From Botryllus schlosseri (Eukaryota): a stretch of DNA of 64,000 nt. The stretch lies in assembly GCA_051294905.1 (NCBI GenBank), contig CM119373.1, positions 4,342,001 through 4,406,000 of the forward strand, in the 5' to 3' direction. Of this stretch, positions 10,943 through 22,965 are shown in pieces. Within the stretch, counting starts at the first letter, position 1. Each line of letters opens with the position of its first letter. Under the pieces are notes generated by a model. It saw only the letters and a program-made list of their open reading frames with translations. It ran no database searches and had not been told where the DNA came from. A program made the position numbers and the translations under genes.

Positions 10943-13321
10943 CAGGGCTTCGGAGCAGCCGTAAATTTGCATTGCTCCAGCTCCGGCTCCGGAGCTTTCT
11001 TCTATCATACAATAGCTCCGGCTCCAGCTCCGGAGCCGCATTATCACCACTGCTCCGGCTCCAGCTCCGGCTCCGGCTCTGAAAACTATCGAAGGTGTTT
11101 GTCTATGTCAGGGGTGGGTAACCCGCGGCACCCGGGCCATATGTGACCCGTGAGAAGGTTTTGAGTAGCCCGCGAGCTAACTTCCCATTATGTTATCGAA
11201 ATCCTATTATATGATCGAAATTGAATTGCTCAGCTTGTGAACTTGCAAGGCTAACCAAAAATATGATTTGTCTGACTGCAACACTTGGGATGTTGATGAC
11301 TAAAATATCAGTTACGACGCATTGGCAGATCCAGGGTCCAGTCACATTTTTAGTAAATCGTCTTACATTACAATAAACTAAAAGAGTAAGTAAAATTTTT
11401 CTTCACGCTTCGCGTGTTTAATAGTCACACGATTTCTTTTTTTGTAGTCTACCCCCTCCTGAAAATGAAAAAAACGCCTGATTTAGCCGATTGAGTCTAA
11501 TTATATTCGCAATTACGAGAGAAAGTCTTCTCGCGTTCGCGCTCGCAGAAAGATCGTCGACGATGAAATGTAGGCAAAAAATGATTGTCGTATATTAGCG
11601 GAAATCTTCGATATCGATAAGTCCAGATGTCGAATAGTCCTGTCCTTGCAAACTGAGCCCAGCAAGCGGTATATAGTCGACCCACAATATACCCAAGTAA
11701 TAATAATATTAACTTTGAAAATTTTTCGCGCCTGGCGCGGCTAGTGGGCAGCGCACTCGTTCGTCAATTTCATGTGGCCCTTAAGCCGAAAAGGTTGTCC
11801 CCCCTGGTCGATATAGATTACTAATTTATCCGTAGGTTAGTTATCTATAGTAATCTAGAGTCTGTCAGCCATCAGTAACATCGGATGCAGTAACAAACAC
11901 ATGGGTGTCGCCGTGCCGGTTTGTGACGTCATAATGAATACTTGGCAATTGTCGATAACATCACAGTTGCACTAGAACGCACTTTACTCCATGCCATTGC
12001 TGTGTACAGCATTAAAACTCTGATGGGGCGTTTTAACACTGGCATTGCACTCGTTAACATTAGGCCTTACAGCTCAATTCAATCTTTAAATATGCGATTA
12101 TAGTATTCAACTGTAACTGTGGTAAGAGCAATGTGGGCGGACATCACGACATCATCAATAGAAATTCGATTTGTACCAAATTGTTCAAATGGCCAACGGT
12201 TTGACGTTCGATATTGGTGCACTCGTTACCAGTCCATCCGGTGTCGATCAAGTTTATCGGAATATAATATTTTCCCCTTTAAACGAATCGGATAATCGAA
12301 TTGAACACTGCGCCATGCACATTGCGCCATGCCCATAACGAATTAAACTATGCCATAAGCACATTGCACAATGCACATTTACAAGTCACAGTGCGCGATA
12401 ATGCGGGAATACTAGAGTATCAAGCAGACATCAAGAATGAATTTACGAAACAGATGATTACAAATTGGAAATCGTGATTCAAATCAGTAATTTGTCTCTA
12501 ACATAAAATACCATGGGGTCCTTACATCGCATTGAGTAGCTCGCACCGCGTCAATTGTTTGCTGAGTGTAACGGCGTTTTGGGCTACTCTTCTGCCATCC
12601 CCTATTTACGCTCGAAAATCCTCACGGGAGTGAATGACGATCATGCGCAGTAATGAATTCCAATTCGCATGTATAATTGCATACACAATAACACTGTCCA
12701 TTTCGCGGCCCGATTAAAGAACTATATCGAAAGAACGAGTATTTGCTCATCCGATTTATAGCAACGATGAGATGGAATTTCTCGGCTCGTGCTCGTCATA
12801 TCTAGCCTACATGTGCAACGAAATCACGATTTTATCCTCTCTCCCATTTCGCATAATACATAGTGATCATTATTTTCGAACCGTACAATTGACCAACAAG
12901 GTTGTGCTGGTGATGAAATTGCGGGTGTGCCGAATACCCACAATATTCATAGGCATATTTAGCATACCGAGGTTCGGCACTCATGTATGAAAATTGAACA
13001 CTGAACATATGACTGCTCTGCTGTTAAATCCCAAGGAACATATGGTTAGTCGGAAAAGGTAGCACCAAAGAGGGAAAGATTCTTAATTTCGCGATGGCCT
13101 GCTGTTGAATTATCTGAACTCAGCAGATATGGTTGTTGCATATATAATAGCGTCTTATGAAATACGTCGGAGCCGGAGCTACCCCTCAAATAACTTGCTC
13201 CGGCTCCGGCTCCGGCTCCGGCTGAATTTTAAGTAGAGCTCCGGCTCCGGCTCCAGCTCCGGTCAAAATGCACGGCTCCGGGGCTCCGGCTCCGGGCTCC
13301 GGCTCCGGCTCCAAAGCCCTG
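10943..13321. mobile_element. Non-autonomous hAT-type element (2379 bp) inserted in the RNase H coding region
   Basis: TIR CAGGGCTTCGGAGC / GCTCCAAAGCCCTG (13/14); 8-bp TSD gaaccatg/gagccatg; (GCTCCG)n subterminal arrays; removing it restores LRTMDEEGTVV in frame. Confidence 0.92.
11109..11806 (-). mobile_element. Charlie-like hAT MITE nested in the 10943-13321 element
   Basis: caggggtgggtaacc...ggttgtcccccctg; degenerate TSD gtctatgt/gtcgatat; reverse-complement homolog of 22966-23693. Confidence 0.8.
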
Positions 13322-13326
13322 GAGCC

Positions 13327-15318
13327 ATGGACGAGGAAGGTACAGTAGTGATTCGTTACCTGATGTCGAAAACGAGAGTCGCTCCTTTGAAAGCGATGTC
13401 CGTTGCGCGACTAGAACTAATGTCGGCTCATTGTCTCGCTAAACTAGTTCGGTATTGCTTAGACGCTTGGTCCTCGGTTCTAACTGTCGACAACATTTAT
13501 TTGTGGTTAGACTCGCAGATTGCTCTCGCCTGGCTCGCCAAGCCGAGTACATACTGGAAAACCTTCGTGAGAAATCGAGTGCAGGAAATACATGATCTTG
13601 TCTCGCCGGACGCCTGGCGTCATTGCCCCGGTTGCGAGAACCCAGCAGACCTACACAGTCGAGGCATGAGTCTCCACGACTTGAAGTCGAGTAGCGTATA
13701 CTGGTATGGACCGCATTGGCTAGTTGAGGACGAGTCATGTTGGCCAACAAAAATTTTACCTAACAATATGACTTTGGACGCCCCGTTGTTGGAAAGTGCA
13801 AGTAATGTCCTTGTTGCTCTTATTAAAGATTCGGTTCCATTTTTTGAGAAATATTACAGCGACTTCAACAAGATCGTTCGTATCACCGCGAGAATTCTTC
13901 GTTGGAAGAACCGCAACTTTTCGGCATTGGACCCGCATTGCAACGACGTCCTAATTGGACCGAATGAGTACAATCTTGCCAGAGATCATTTATGGCGCCT
14001 CGTACAGCAATCCGAATTCGCAGGCGACTTCGACGATCTTCAAGGTGGTAAAGACGTGTCGCGTAAGTGCATATTTATCAACATGGACCCTCAGTACGAT
14101 GATGATCGCAAATTAATCGTAGCAGGAAATCGTTTGCTACTATCCGATTTACCGGAGTGCGCGAAACATCCCGTAATACTTCCTTCAAAACATTCTCTCG
14201 TCGAAAAATTCATCTTGCATGTTCATACTACGAATTCCCACTCTCCACAGGATACCACTATTGCGATCATCCGCGAGTATTACAGTATTATCCATATTCG
14301 GGGCGAGGTTAGGCGAGCCCTACGTAAATGTATCACATGTCGACATTGGCGCACGAAACCCTTGACCCAGAAAATGGGAATACTGCCCCCAGAAAGAATT
14401 TGTGTAGCTCCTGCATTTTCAGAAGTGGGTCTTGATTTTACGGGACCCATTTATATCGACACTGGTACCAAAACTATGCAGAAGGCGTACATCTGTCTGT
14501 TTACCTGTCCCCACAGTAGGATGGTTCATTTTGAATTAACGAACAGTATGTCAACTGAAGAGTTCTTAGCTGCATTGAGACGCATGATGAACCGAAGAGG
14601 TTGGTGCAGAGAGATAATCAGCGACAACCAGAAAACCTTTAAGAAGGCTGAGAAGATCATCAGACTATCCATCCGTGCGCTATTCAAAGGTACTGCTGAT
14701 AACGAAAAATTGCAGAAGTTCATGACCGACAATGGTATTCACTGGAAGTACATAGTAGAGCGTGCGCCCCATCGCGGAGCGTTCTACGAGAGAATGAATC
14801 GCTCCCTCAAAGAGCCACTCCGGAAGATATTGGGTAAGGCCAGTCTAACCTACGTTGAAATGTATACCGTACTTACAGACATCGAATGCGCACTCAATCA
14901 AAGGCCGCTGACCTATTTGGGAGCCGACTCCCGGAATCCGCAGGCTATTACGCCGGCTCATCTCTGCATTGGACGTCCGCTCGGTCAACTGCCGTACTTG
15001 CCTACACGCGCCAACATTACGAAGCGGTTCCGATATCTGCAGACACTGCTCAAACACTTTTGGACAAGGTGGAGCAAGGAGTATCTGCCTTCGCTGCTTC
15101 GACGAAACAAATGGAACATTCAGCAACGAGCCCCGAAGATAGGAGATGTTTGCCTTATTGCAGAAGACGGGCTAAATAGACCGAGTTGGCTCACGGCACG
15201 AGTCATCGATACGATTGAAGGCAAAGATGGCCTTGTAAGGACGCTCAAGTTGAAAACGGCAAAAAGTATATTGACTCGTCCCATTCAGAAAATTCATCTG
15301 TTGGAACCTGTTGACTGA
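13327..15318 (+). CDS. BEL/Pao RNase H remainder and integrase (HHCC, DDE, C-terminal DUF5641-like)
   Basis: KTRVAP, ARLEL, DSQIALAW, NPAD, HPVILP, H..H/C..C, DFTGP, SDN, FYERM, LNQRPL, FWTRWSKEY, GKDGLVR. Confidence 0.95.
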   Translation: MDEEGTVVIRYLMSKTRVAPLKAMSVARLELMSAHCLAKLVRYCLDAWSSVLTVDNIYLWLDSQIALAWLAKPSTYWKTFVRNRVQEIHDLVSPDAWRHCPGCENPADLHSRGMSLHDLKSSSVYWYGPHWLVEDESCWPTKILPNNMTLDAPLLESASNVLVALIKDSVPFFEKYYSDFNKIVRITARILRWKNRNFSALDPHCNDVLIGPNEYNLARDHLWRLVQQSEFAGDFDDLQGGKDVSRKCIFINMDPQYDDDRKLIVAGNRLLLSDLPECAKHPVILPSKHSLVEKFILHVHTTNSHSPQDTTIAIIREYYSIIHIRGEVRRALRKCITCRHWRTKPLTQKMGILPPERICVAPAFSEVGLDFTGPIYIDTGTKTMQKAYICLFTCPHSRMVHFELTNSMSTEEFLAALRRMMNRRGWCREIISDNQKTFKKAEKIIRLSIRALFKGTADNEKLQKFMTDNGIHWKYIVERAPHRGAFYERMNRSLKEPLRKILGKASLTYVEMYTVLTDIECALNQRPLTYLGADSRNPQAITPAHLCIGRPLGQLPYLPTRANITKRFRYLQTLLKHFWTRWSKEYLPSLLRRNKWNIQQRAPKIGDVCLIAEDGLNRPSWLTARVIDTIEGKDGLVRTLKLKTAKSILTRPIQKIHLLEPVD

Positions 15319-15330
15319 CTACAGTCGGTC

Positions 15331-15343
15331 AAGGGGGGGAGGA
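15331..15343 (+). promoter_or_regulatory. Polypurine tract
   Basis: AAGGGGGGGAGGA immediately 5' of the 3' LTR. Confidence 0.9.
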
Positions 15344-15748
15344 TATTGCGACGCGGGAATCGGATATTTCGGCGACAAGCATTTCACGGCTAGTCGGTTT
15401 TCACGTCGGTCTTTACGTCTACTCGATTGATTGTTATTTAATTTGATTGGTTAATTTAATTGTCGCGGCGTCCGTTCTCGTTTTTCTTCATGTCTCACGG
15501 TTCCTGTTTCATTTCTCGTCAATCGACTTCTATATCGGACGAGCAAGCAATCTTGTGAATCTCGCCATTTAACTATATTCTGAACAAGCTATTCCGTATT
15601 GTATGTTCTGGACTGCTTGTATTTGAAACAGAAGAGATTTGAGATACACAACGCTTGCTAGTACCCATTGCCAGATTTAGTGTGCAGCAGACAGGATCCC
15701 GACACCTGATAAAGCGCCACTCATTGATTTCAGTGCCGCGTCGGAACA
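15344..15748 (+). repeat. 3' LTR (405 bp)
   Basis: Direct repeat of 6594-6998, followed by TSD GCTAG. Confidence 0.97.
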
Positions 15749-16645
15749 GCTAGATTACGATATGATAGGGAAATGCTAGATTGCTAAACATCAGTTTCAA
15801 ACGTTATGATGAGCCATATATATACTGTGATGTAATGTTTGATATGGGCAACGGGAGACAATGCGGTGTGAACTGAACCATGCCAACCCGCTACCTAAAT
15901 TATATTCACCGAAACTTTCGTGAAATCAAGCTGGTTACTCCGTATCCATGGAGCGCGACGAAAATTCTGGGCGTTACTCAATTTTTATGAAAATTAAATG
16001 TTGTTACTCCTTGAAAATAGCCCCGAAATTCCTCAGGCTATCTTCCTGATTGGGGGATTAAACTATTTCTACTTGACAAACTGAAAATAGCGAAAAGTAA
16101 GTAAGTAGATCACAAAAAATTACGAAGTAGAAGTAGCGAAAATCAGATCTACTTCAGTAAGTACCAGAAGTAGAGGAAAACTACTTGGGTACTTCGAAAA
16201 AGTAGAAGTGCTTCGTTACTGACCACCTCTGATAACAGGTTAGCTTTGCTGGTTACGTAACCGGGAAGTCCGGTACTGTGGTTTGCAAGTTTTTAATGCC
16301 AAGATGTTTACTCAAACAAACGTTCATAGGATAGCGGTTATCACGAGTCTCTCGAACACTTGGCAACCATAGAATGACTTTATGGCATATATTATGTCAT
16401 CAATAGCTTTAACGATGATATGACATGTGTTGTACGTTGTTATCGTCTATTGGGATAACAATCCCAAGTCCATTTCAGGGTGACAGAGTCAACTACAGCA
16501 TTTAAAATCATCATTTTTGAGCAATAAAATATGATGAATTGGATACTTGATGAATTTTGGAAACGCCTGTTCTAAAGTCTGAATCTTTGCATGGCTGCCC
16601 CTGCTCACGACTAACTTCATTTTAGGCGTACACGGCTTCAGTGTT

Positions 16646-17268
16646 TCAATAGGTTGATATGTTACCAATCACGATTGAAGTCGACTGGTTGAAAGTGACT
16701 ATTGAATCGTGGACGCGATTGCAATCGGATCGACGTAAGATATCAATTTCGGAGGAATTCAGAGCGCTGTTCCAAAGCTGAAATCTTTCTATGTCACCCC
16801 GAAATCCTTGGTGATGGTCCCTAGGTTTAATGGACCATTCTGTGTTTTCATCTTGATCCAAATTCTGTCCCAAGATAAGATCGCCGCCGCCGGGTATCTC
16901 GTGTTGGGAAATGTTGACGCTGTTCACGGTACCGTTGATGTACACGTTCATGAATGTAGCTGATTTCACAACGCACAAATGCGTACGATATCGTAAGCCG
17001 TAATTACTGACATTACATGGTACCTCTATAAGACGCGAGTTCACATTGATTTTAGTAACGTTTCGCGGAGCCCATACGACGAAGGTGTTGCAGTTCTTTG
17101 ATCGAGACTTGCAATAGCTCACAATCGCTTGCTCTTTTGTTGTGGATTGATTTGAATTTCGCACCCACATGCATGCTGTGAACGAAGTAATATTTGGCAA
17201 TGTGCCTTTGTATTTTACGTAATGCAGATGTTCGCCGTTCGGAAAGCGGAAGCCAGATGCACCGCACG
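16646..17268 (-). CDS. Pentraxin-domain terminal exon (PTX-A); upstream exons unresolved
   Basis: Acceptor tcctcatttcag (phase 1); FTACMWVR, HLCVV, YING, GGDLILGQNLD, FRGDIERFQLWNSAL pentraxin/LamG motifs; open to the stop codon. Confidence 0.88.
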
Positions 17269-17697
17269 CTGAAATGAGGAAGGAAACGTTATTCAATTCA
17301 CTCATCTCATGTCGCAGTAAAACGGTGAGAGAAGTATTCAAACCATTTCATCAATACTCATTCGGCACAACCTCGAAATCATTTCCAGCTCCAAGAGAAT
17401 TATAGACCCTATGGAACGGGAAAAAGTTTCCATCACTAACTCATGTTGCTGCTGTGCACAATTTCAGGAACTTACAATGGCAATGCAATATACTGGACCG
17501 CCATTACCACAAGTGATATTTCGTGAAATCATTGTATTCTTTGCGATGACCTAATTTGATTAATTTAGAGCACTGATTCTTAACCTTTACAAGCTTAGGG
17601 AACACTTACGTTATCCTGCAAGCGTTCGCGGAACCCCAATTTTTCTCCGAGTGATAAAACAAAAATATACAATAACTCTTCTAACTTCACATCCAAT

Positions 17698-18245
17698 TAG
17701 GTGTGCATTTAAAACAAATGGTTGTTTAAAAACAATGTTAAAAACTTGCTTTAGTTTGAACAGTGTTTTAAACCAAGGCCTGTGAAAATTCTTTTTTTTA
17801 AATAATTTTGTAATTATGCCGTAATTGTGTAAATACTTTCTAAAACATGATGTTTACGGACGACTATTACCATCCGATATAGCCGACTTAAACGACATGG
17901 GATGGTTGGAGCCCTCGAATTAGTCGATTCAACAGCCATATACGTAGAGATATAGATGATTGGTACGGAAGGAATGTTCTGATGATGAAGACCGCCGACC
18001 GTAAAAATGCTGCAGGACGATGTAGTCGTGGTTAAAGATATTTTTATCCCGTATATGACAGTGGTTGGATGCCTATTTCTTCAAAGGAGCTATGTTCAAC
18101 TTATATTTTCAATTGTGAATATCAATCCACTATGACGTCACAATGGGATATGCGTGATGTCATGGCTTGGAAAAATAAAATAAAAACATGGCCTTGTTTT
18201 AAACGTGTTTGTTTTAAATTGATTTTCATTTTAAACCTAACCTTA
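17698..18245. mobile_element. MITE with TAGGGTTGCATTTAAAAC-like termini
   Basis: Aligns along its length with 45772-45830 plus 47038-47376. Confidence 0.65.
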
Positions 18246-18474
18246 GATCCAATACATTATTATGGATTACTGATGCATTAATGTATCGAGCATCAACCGA
18301 GCAATTGAAGAAACAAAGCCATCACACAGAACCAAAACATAACAATTAATATTTATTACTGAAGAGTGTGATTGCTGCTGTTCCCTTTCAGATACCAGTT
18401 CAGGAATACGAGACTGCATTCTGGTAATGTTTTCTTATTGTTCGGTCGAAACGTAACATCGCAATACCAATTTC

Positions 18475-18742
18475 TTAACTACAAATGTGATCATCTACAT
18501 CGACTATGCCTCTATTAAGTGTGCCATTGCTTATGAGGTGCCACCACAGCAGTCGGAATTCGATTACTGTTGTGGCCTGATAACCCGCAACAAATGATAG
18601 ACAAGACGGGCGTATCGTGAAAAATAATATGGATGAAATAAGTGTGCTGATTCTTGACCTGAAGAGCACCACTGAAAATGACTCAGGGAACCCATACTGT
18701 CTCAAGGAAGTCGGATCAAGAACCGCTGATGTACAGGTATAG
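18475..18742 (+). pseudogene. Possible decayed immunoglobulin-domain exon
   Basis: Across frameshifts: ASIKCAIA (B-strand-like Cys), LLLW, SVLILDLKSTTENDSGNPYC (D-x-G-x-x-C F-strand-like); cag|gtatag donor. Confidence 0.35.
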
Positions 18743-20268
18743 GTCAGCGTTGTGTACAAGAGATCATTGATCAATAGGGCAAGTTTTTGTTGCACCAAAA
18801 TCGCGACAAAGTTACACTTAATTCTAACAAAAGTTGCTGTAAAATGTTGAATTTATAATTTTGCTAAATTATTAGGGTATGAGATACTCGAAAGTTTCGT
18901 TGTATAACCCAGTTTCTGCAGAGCTATAAAATTTGCTACTTTCCCATTCCACGGACGCTGTGGCGAAACCACCAAGAATTATCTTGTTCCCGATAGACAC
19001 CAAGACGATGACGCAAGGCGGAAATAATTTTTCTCAAAAAATCCAAACAGCAGAGCGATAATCCACCCCCCTCCTAAAACAAGTCAAGTGCCACACCCCA
19101 AACCCCTAGGTCTGCAAGCGTGACCCAAGGCATTGCAGAAAAACTCACTCTCAATATCAATAGCATGAAAAGGCGACCCAGTGAAAATCGAATTTTCGAC
19201 GGTCTCGCCTGGACGTTCGTGAAGTGGGAAACTATCTCAATTTTAAACGACAGAATTAATACAGCGATTTATTTACATATTGTCCGGGCACGGTTGTGTT
19301 TGACAGGGGTAGTTGAACTTCTTGTTTGCGAGCCATTGTGTCACAGTTAACAGTGAGATGCAACTAACACATCATAGCTCTTTGTTGTGTAAATCAACGA
19401 GACTCTATGCTTGGGGTACAGAATTTTAATATACATTTTACTAATATATTCATGACAGAAATATAATACAACCCGAAGCTTTTCGAGCTGACACTTTTCA
19501 GGGGTAACCATCGGCGAATGGAGAATTTCAAAAACATGCATCAAGCTACATTGCATACAACCAATTGTGACGTCATAGAAACGAACAATATGAAATAAAG
19601 GCGAACCGTAAACGCAGCTAGTGGCCAATTTTTAGATTGATTAAAAATTCCTTCTGCTGTCACAAACGCGGTCGGTGGATTTTAATAAAAGTCAGACAGA
19701 TGCAAAGGAGTGCGGTCTCTAATGAATATAGAGAATCTTACGTCGTGATAGTTTTTAGCGCCAGTTGCATTCTCAGCCAAATGCTTGCCGATGACAGAGG
19801 TCATAGCCATGGGCTGATCGTGTTTCAGTAATCGTAGATTAGTGACGGCTGCAAAGCAAAGAGAATGGAACCAAACTAGATGTAGTTCATAACATGTTTT
19901 TTAAATCACTTTTTTACATTTTTGTGCTATATTTGATGAAGTTCACAGTAAAAATTGGCATGAAAAATAGAGAAAAGTTGCAAAAAGTTGGCGCAATAAA
20001 ATCCCTTCAAACAGCTGAAAACTTCATAGTACATAGATTCTGAGTATCTAGGAAGCTGCCGGAAACTGTAAAAAAAAGTTACAAAAGTTGCAAAAACTTG
20101 CACTATTGATCATCTGTTGGTTGAGAATCAATATATGAATACCGCAAGCAAGATTTCAGCATATCAACATCGATTTTAAATATATTATCCAAGTCCCAGC
20201 CTGGTGATAATTTCAAGTTAGCATGATGACATTGGCGGATCAAACGATAAAGCTATTTATATGTTTAC

Positions 20269-20358
20269 CTGAGTGTTTCGTGTCCAATGTGTCCATGTCA
20301 TTCGTTTTCTTGACGATATCAGGAGCGTCGAAAGCGATCCTTTCCAGTTGCTTTGTAA
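20269..20358 (-). CDS. Candidate 90-nt phase 1-1 exon, possibly upstream exon of PTX-A
   Basis: Pyrimidine tract plus aag acceptor and cag|gtaaac donor; open frame TKQLERIAFDAPDIVKKTNDMDTLDTKHS; phase compatible with 17268. Confidence 0.35.
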
Positions 20359-20499
20359 CTTGTAAATCGAAATAGAAAATTGAAATTTCAATTATAAAAT
20401 TCAGCACGAGTTTATTCCTTTGATCCCTAATGTTACTAATGCCAGGAAATATACAACTTATATACTATTGTCGGATAAGTTGTATCGAGTCCGTCTTAT

Positions 20500-20730
20500 T
20501 GTGTGGGATATTCATGGTGATATCCGACTAGATTGGTCATTTATACGGGCCGATATTCTTTATTATGATTCCATAACCGCCGACTTGTACCGCGGCCCAC
20601 ACATTGTCTTTTTGAAAACACCCATACGCGGGTCATATGGCGTGGAGGAGTCTAGAGTAGTCGGACTCGAACGCTTAGGCAAAGCTATTGGTGTTGCTGA
20701 TGTTGATCACATTAGTATGCTACGCTATAT
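20500..20730 (-). mobile_element. Degraded tRNA-derived SINE copy
   Basis: Reverse-complement similarity to 25551-25828 (ggccgatattc, ggaggagtctag, ggactcgaac, attggtgttgc). Confidence 0.55.
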
Positions 20731-22965
20731 CGACACTGTCGGTCGTGTATTTTTAAATATATTATCAGCATCTTGATTGTTTTAATACGCCAATACTAAT
20801 ATATAATGTATATTGATGATGCATTTTGTACATTAATTTGGCATTCTTTCAACCAAAAATCAAAGCCTACAATACACTAAACTGATCCAGCGAAAGTATA
20901 CCTGGCGGTCGATGACGTGCTTTGTCGGCAACTCGTTTCCTCAAGTCATTTTTGATATCATCAATTTTATTTTCGCCCTGAAAATGCTCATAAATTGAAT
21001 ATTTCCTTCACTTTTTTTAGTCGATGTTACCTATGCGATATACGCTGTGCAGCTGTGTGAGGGTTCGAAATTTCGCATTTCGATTACATATAAAGCGTAC
21101 GGCCGCATTCCAGTGGAGACTCGTCATGGCCCATATAGACGACAAATACTCATGTTAAATTGGCTACTGAAAATTTCACACCGCGGAGAGCCCTTGAGGT
21201 GTTCTGTGTTAGCGCTGCATGATTTCTCAAGATCATATACTTTGCGTACACATTTTCTACTTGTAGAAGCAGAACATTTCTCCAGGCTTACTATGTACGC
21301 ACCCAAATCGTAAGGATAAATGTCAGAAAAACTGATTGGGACTAGGTTACTAGTCGCGCGAAGCGCGAAAATCTTTTCAACCTATTGAATGTATTTCATC
21401 GATAATGTTGGTAGTTCCACATATTACTGTCCAAATATTATTCATTCTCAGCGCACATGATCAGATTAACCGGTAGAGCTTCGAAAATTCTGGGCACAAT
21501 ATTAATGATGCATATTACGGTTTTTATTAATCACTTTGTTGCTTGTTGGTATTTCTTGACCTCCCATCAGGATTGTCGGTATAGCAAAATGTAATGGAAT
21601 CGCCCAAACGTACCAAAACAACCTTGATTCGTGGACGCACAGGATTCCAATTTGATATTTTTAATGGGGTGCATCACTTCCCTCTGCGGTTCGCATTTGT
21701 ACGGCGAGGCTCAGATTGCAAAGACACTGTAATATTGGAAACGAAAAAATCCAAGTCACCCCGAATCGCGCCGAGCGTGAAGAAAATTGTTAGGTTGAAT
21801 GAAAATCTCTAAAAGATTTTGAAGTCAATTCGTAAATTCAAATTGCATATTGACGCCCGCTAACACGCGGTAATGTAATTATGTGTAGACGGCCGCAACG
21901 TATAATTAAATGCTAAATACTAATCAAGTCTTGAGTTTACCGGACTATCGTACAACACAGCGGTTCTCACATTCGACCCATGAGTCCCCTTGGCTACGCC
22001 CCTTCTATTATGTACACTGCGCTATTTATAAGCTTGTCGCATGAAGTACCAATTCAAAATGTCTGAGCTGCGGGTTCGTCGAGAATCATTATAGACAGAT
22101 ATGGCGTTAGACAGATATGGCAAGCTGAAAACATGTTAATTTCACCCTGTGCTACTCCAAAAGGAACCAAAAGTTCATTACCAACGGTTAAATGAAGAGT
22201 AGAAACATTGCATGAGCTATGACATCACAAAAGGAATGTCATTACAAGCTGGGTACACTTCATATGAACATTGTACGATATAGCACATCCGGTCAACACG
22301 TTCTGAAGCATAAACTTGCGTAGGCTATTTATTGTGATAGCTAATCATCGCTCCATTGTAATACTATCTGGTACACCCCAGTACACTCCATCCGAGTAGT
22401 ACACTCTTTCACAATTATGATACACCCAGTGAAGAGCCCTGTTCTATTAGATACGGTGTCATATTCGTACTGTATACTTTACGTGCACTCTATACTGTTC
22501 AATGTGTTCATTTACGCGCATGCGGAGCTATTGAGGAATGGACGATAGGCACTCATTGCGACAGCAATATAGCATATACTATTAATTGCAATGCCATATG
22601 GCATCATAAACGAATATGAAACCAACCTGGCAATTTCCCTCGGATGTCCAACGTCCCTTCGCAAAGCGCCTTATACAGAAACCCTCTGCAATAATTGCAC
22701 GAATTACGCCACTTACTGCGAACATACGATAATGCTATACATTGGCATGCCTACAGGCTACAGCAAAGATAAGATTATCAAAGTAGGTTGTTAGTAATGA
22801 AGTACTAATACAATTTCGGAGCAGTCAAGTGTCCTATTACTGGATTGGTTGTCTATTTAGCCTACTTTCTCTTCTAGTGTGGAAATATATTAGATGGAAC
22901 CAATCACTTTGCATCACTGTTTTGAGGTACATTATCACAGGAACCTAGCGGAATAGCCTCTATAT

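Larger units (their letters stand above)
6594..15748 (+). mobile_element. Full-length BEL/Pao LTR retrotransposon (defective: two frameshifts plus nested insertion)
   Basis: Two 405-bp LTRs; 5-bp TSD GCTAG (6589-6593, 15749-15753); polypurine tract; Gag-PR-RT-RH-IN order with BEL-specific motifs (PHHPV, SLNDCLLKGPNL, GFADAS..AYG, KTRVAP, RLEL, FWTRWSKEY). Confidence 0.97.
5805..16231. mobile_element. Non-autonomous hAT-type element (about 1.27 kb) split by the BEL/Pao insertion
   Basis: Perfect 12-bp terminal inverted repeat (TIR) CAGAGGTGGTCA (5805) / TGACCACCTCTG (16220-16231); 8-bp TSD ataatagg/ataacagg; AAGTAG/CTACT subterminal repeats at both ends. Confidence 0.85.

Noticed and set aside
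10943..11146. APAPAP/SGSSSG tail of the 801-aa ORF as a novel Pol domain
   Set aside because: It is read-through into the (GCTCCG)n subterminal array of the inserted hAT element.
13170..13312. GCTCCG, GTAATC and GAGTC arrays as CRISPR-like or satellite arrays
   Set aside because: No repeat-spacer periodicity; they sit just inside TIRs as transposon subterminal repeats.
15319..15343. env-like ORF in the BEL element
   Set aside because: The integrase stop is followed almost immediately by the polypurine tract and LTR; there is no room.
17269..17341. N-terminal extensions of the pentraxin and FReD ORFs in the ORF track (also 40119-40176 and 519-577)
   Set aside because: These are intron sequences ending in pyrimidine tract plus AG.
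17371..17532. Candidate first exons for PTX-A (donor at 17475, acceptor near 17409)
   Set aside because: Splice signals look real, but I could not find a phase-consistent, stop-free join to 17268.
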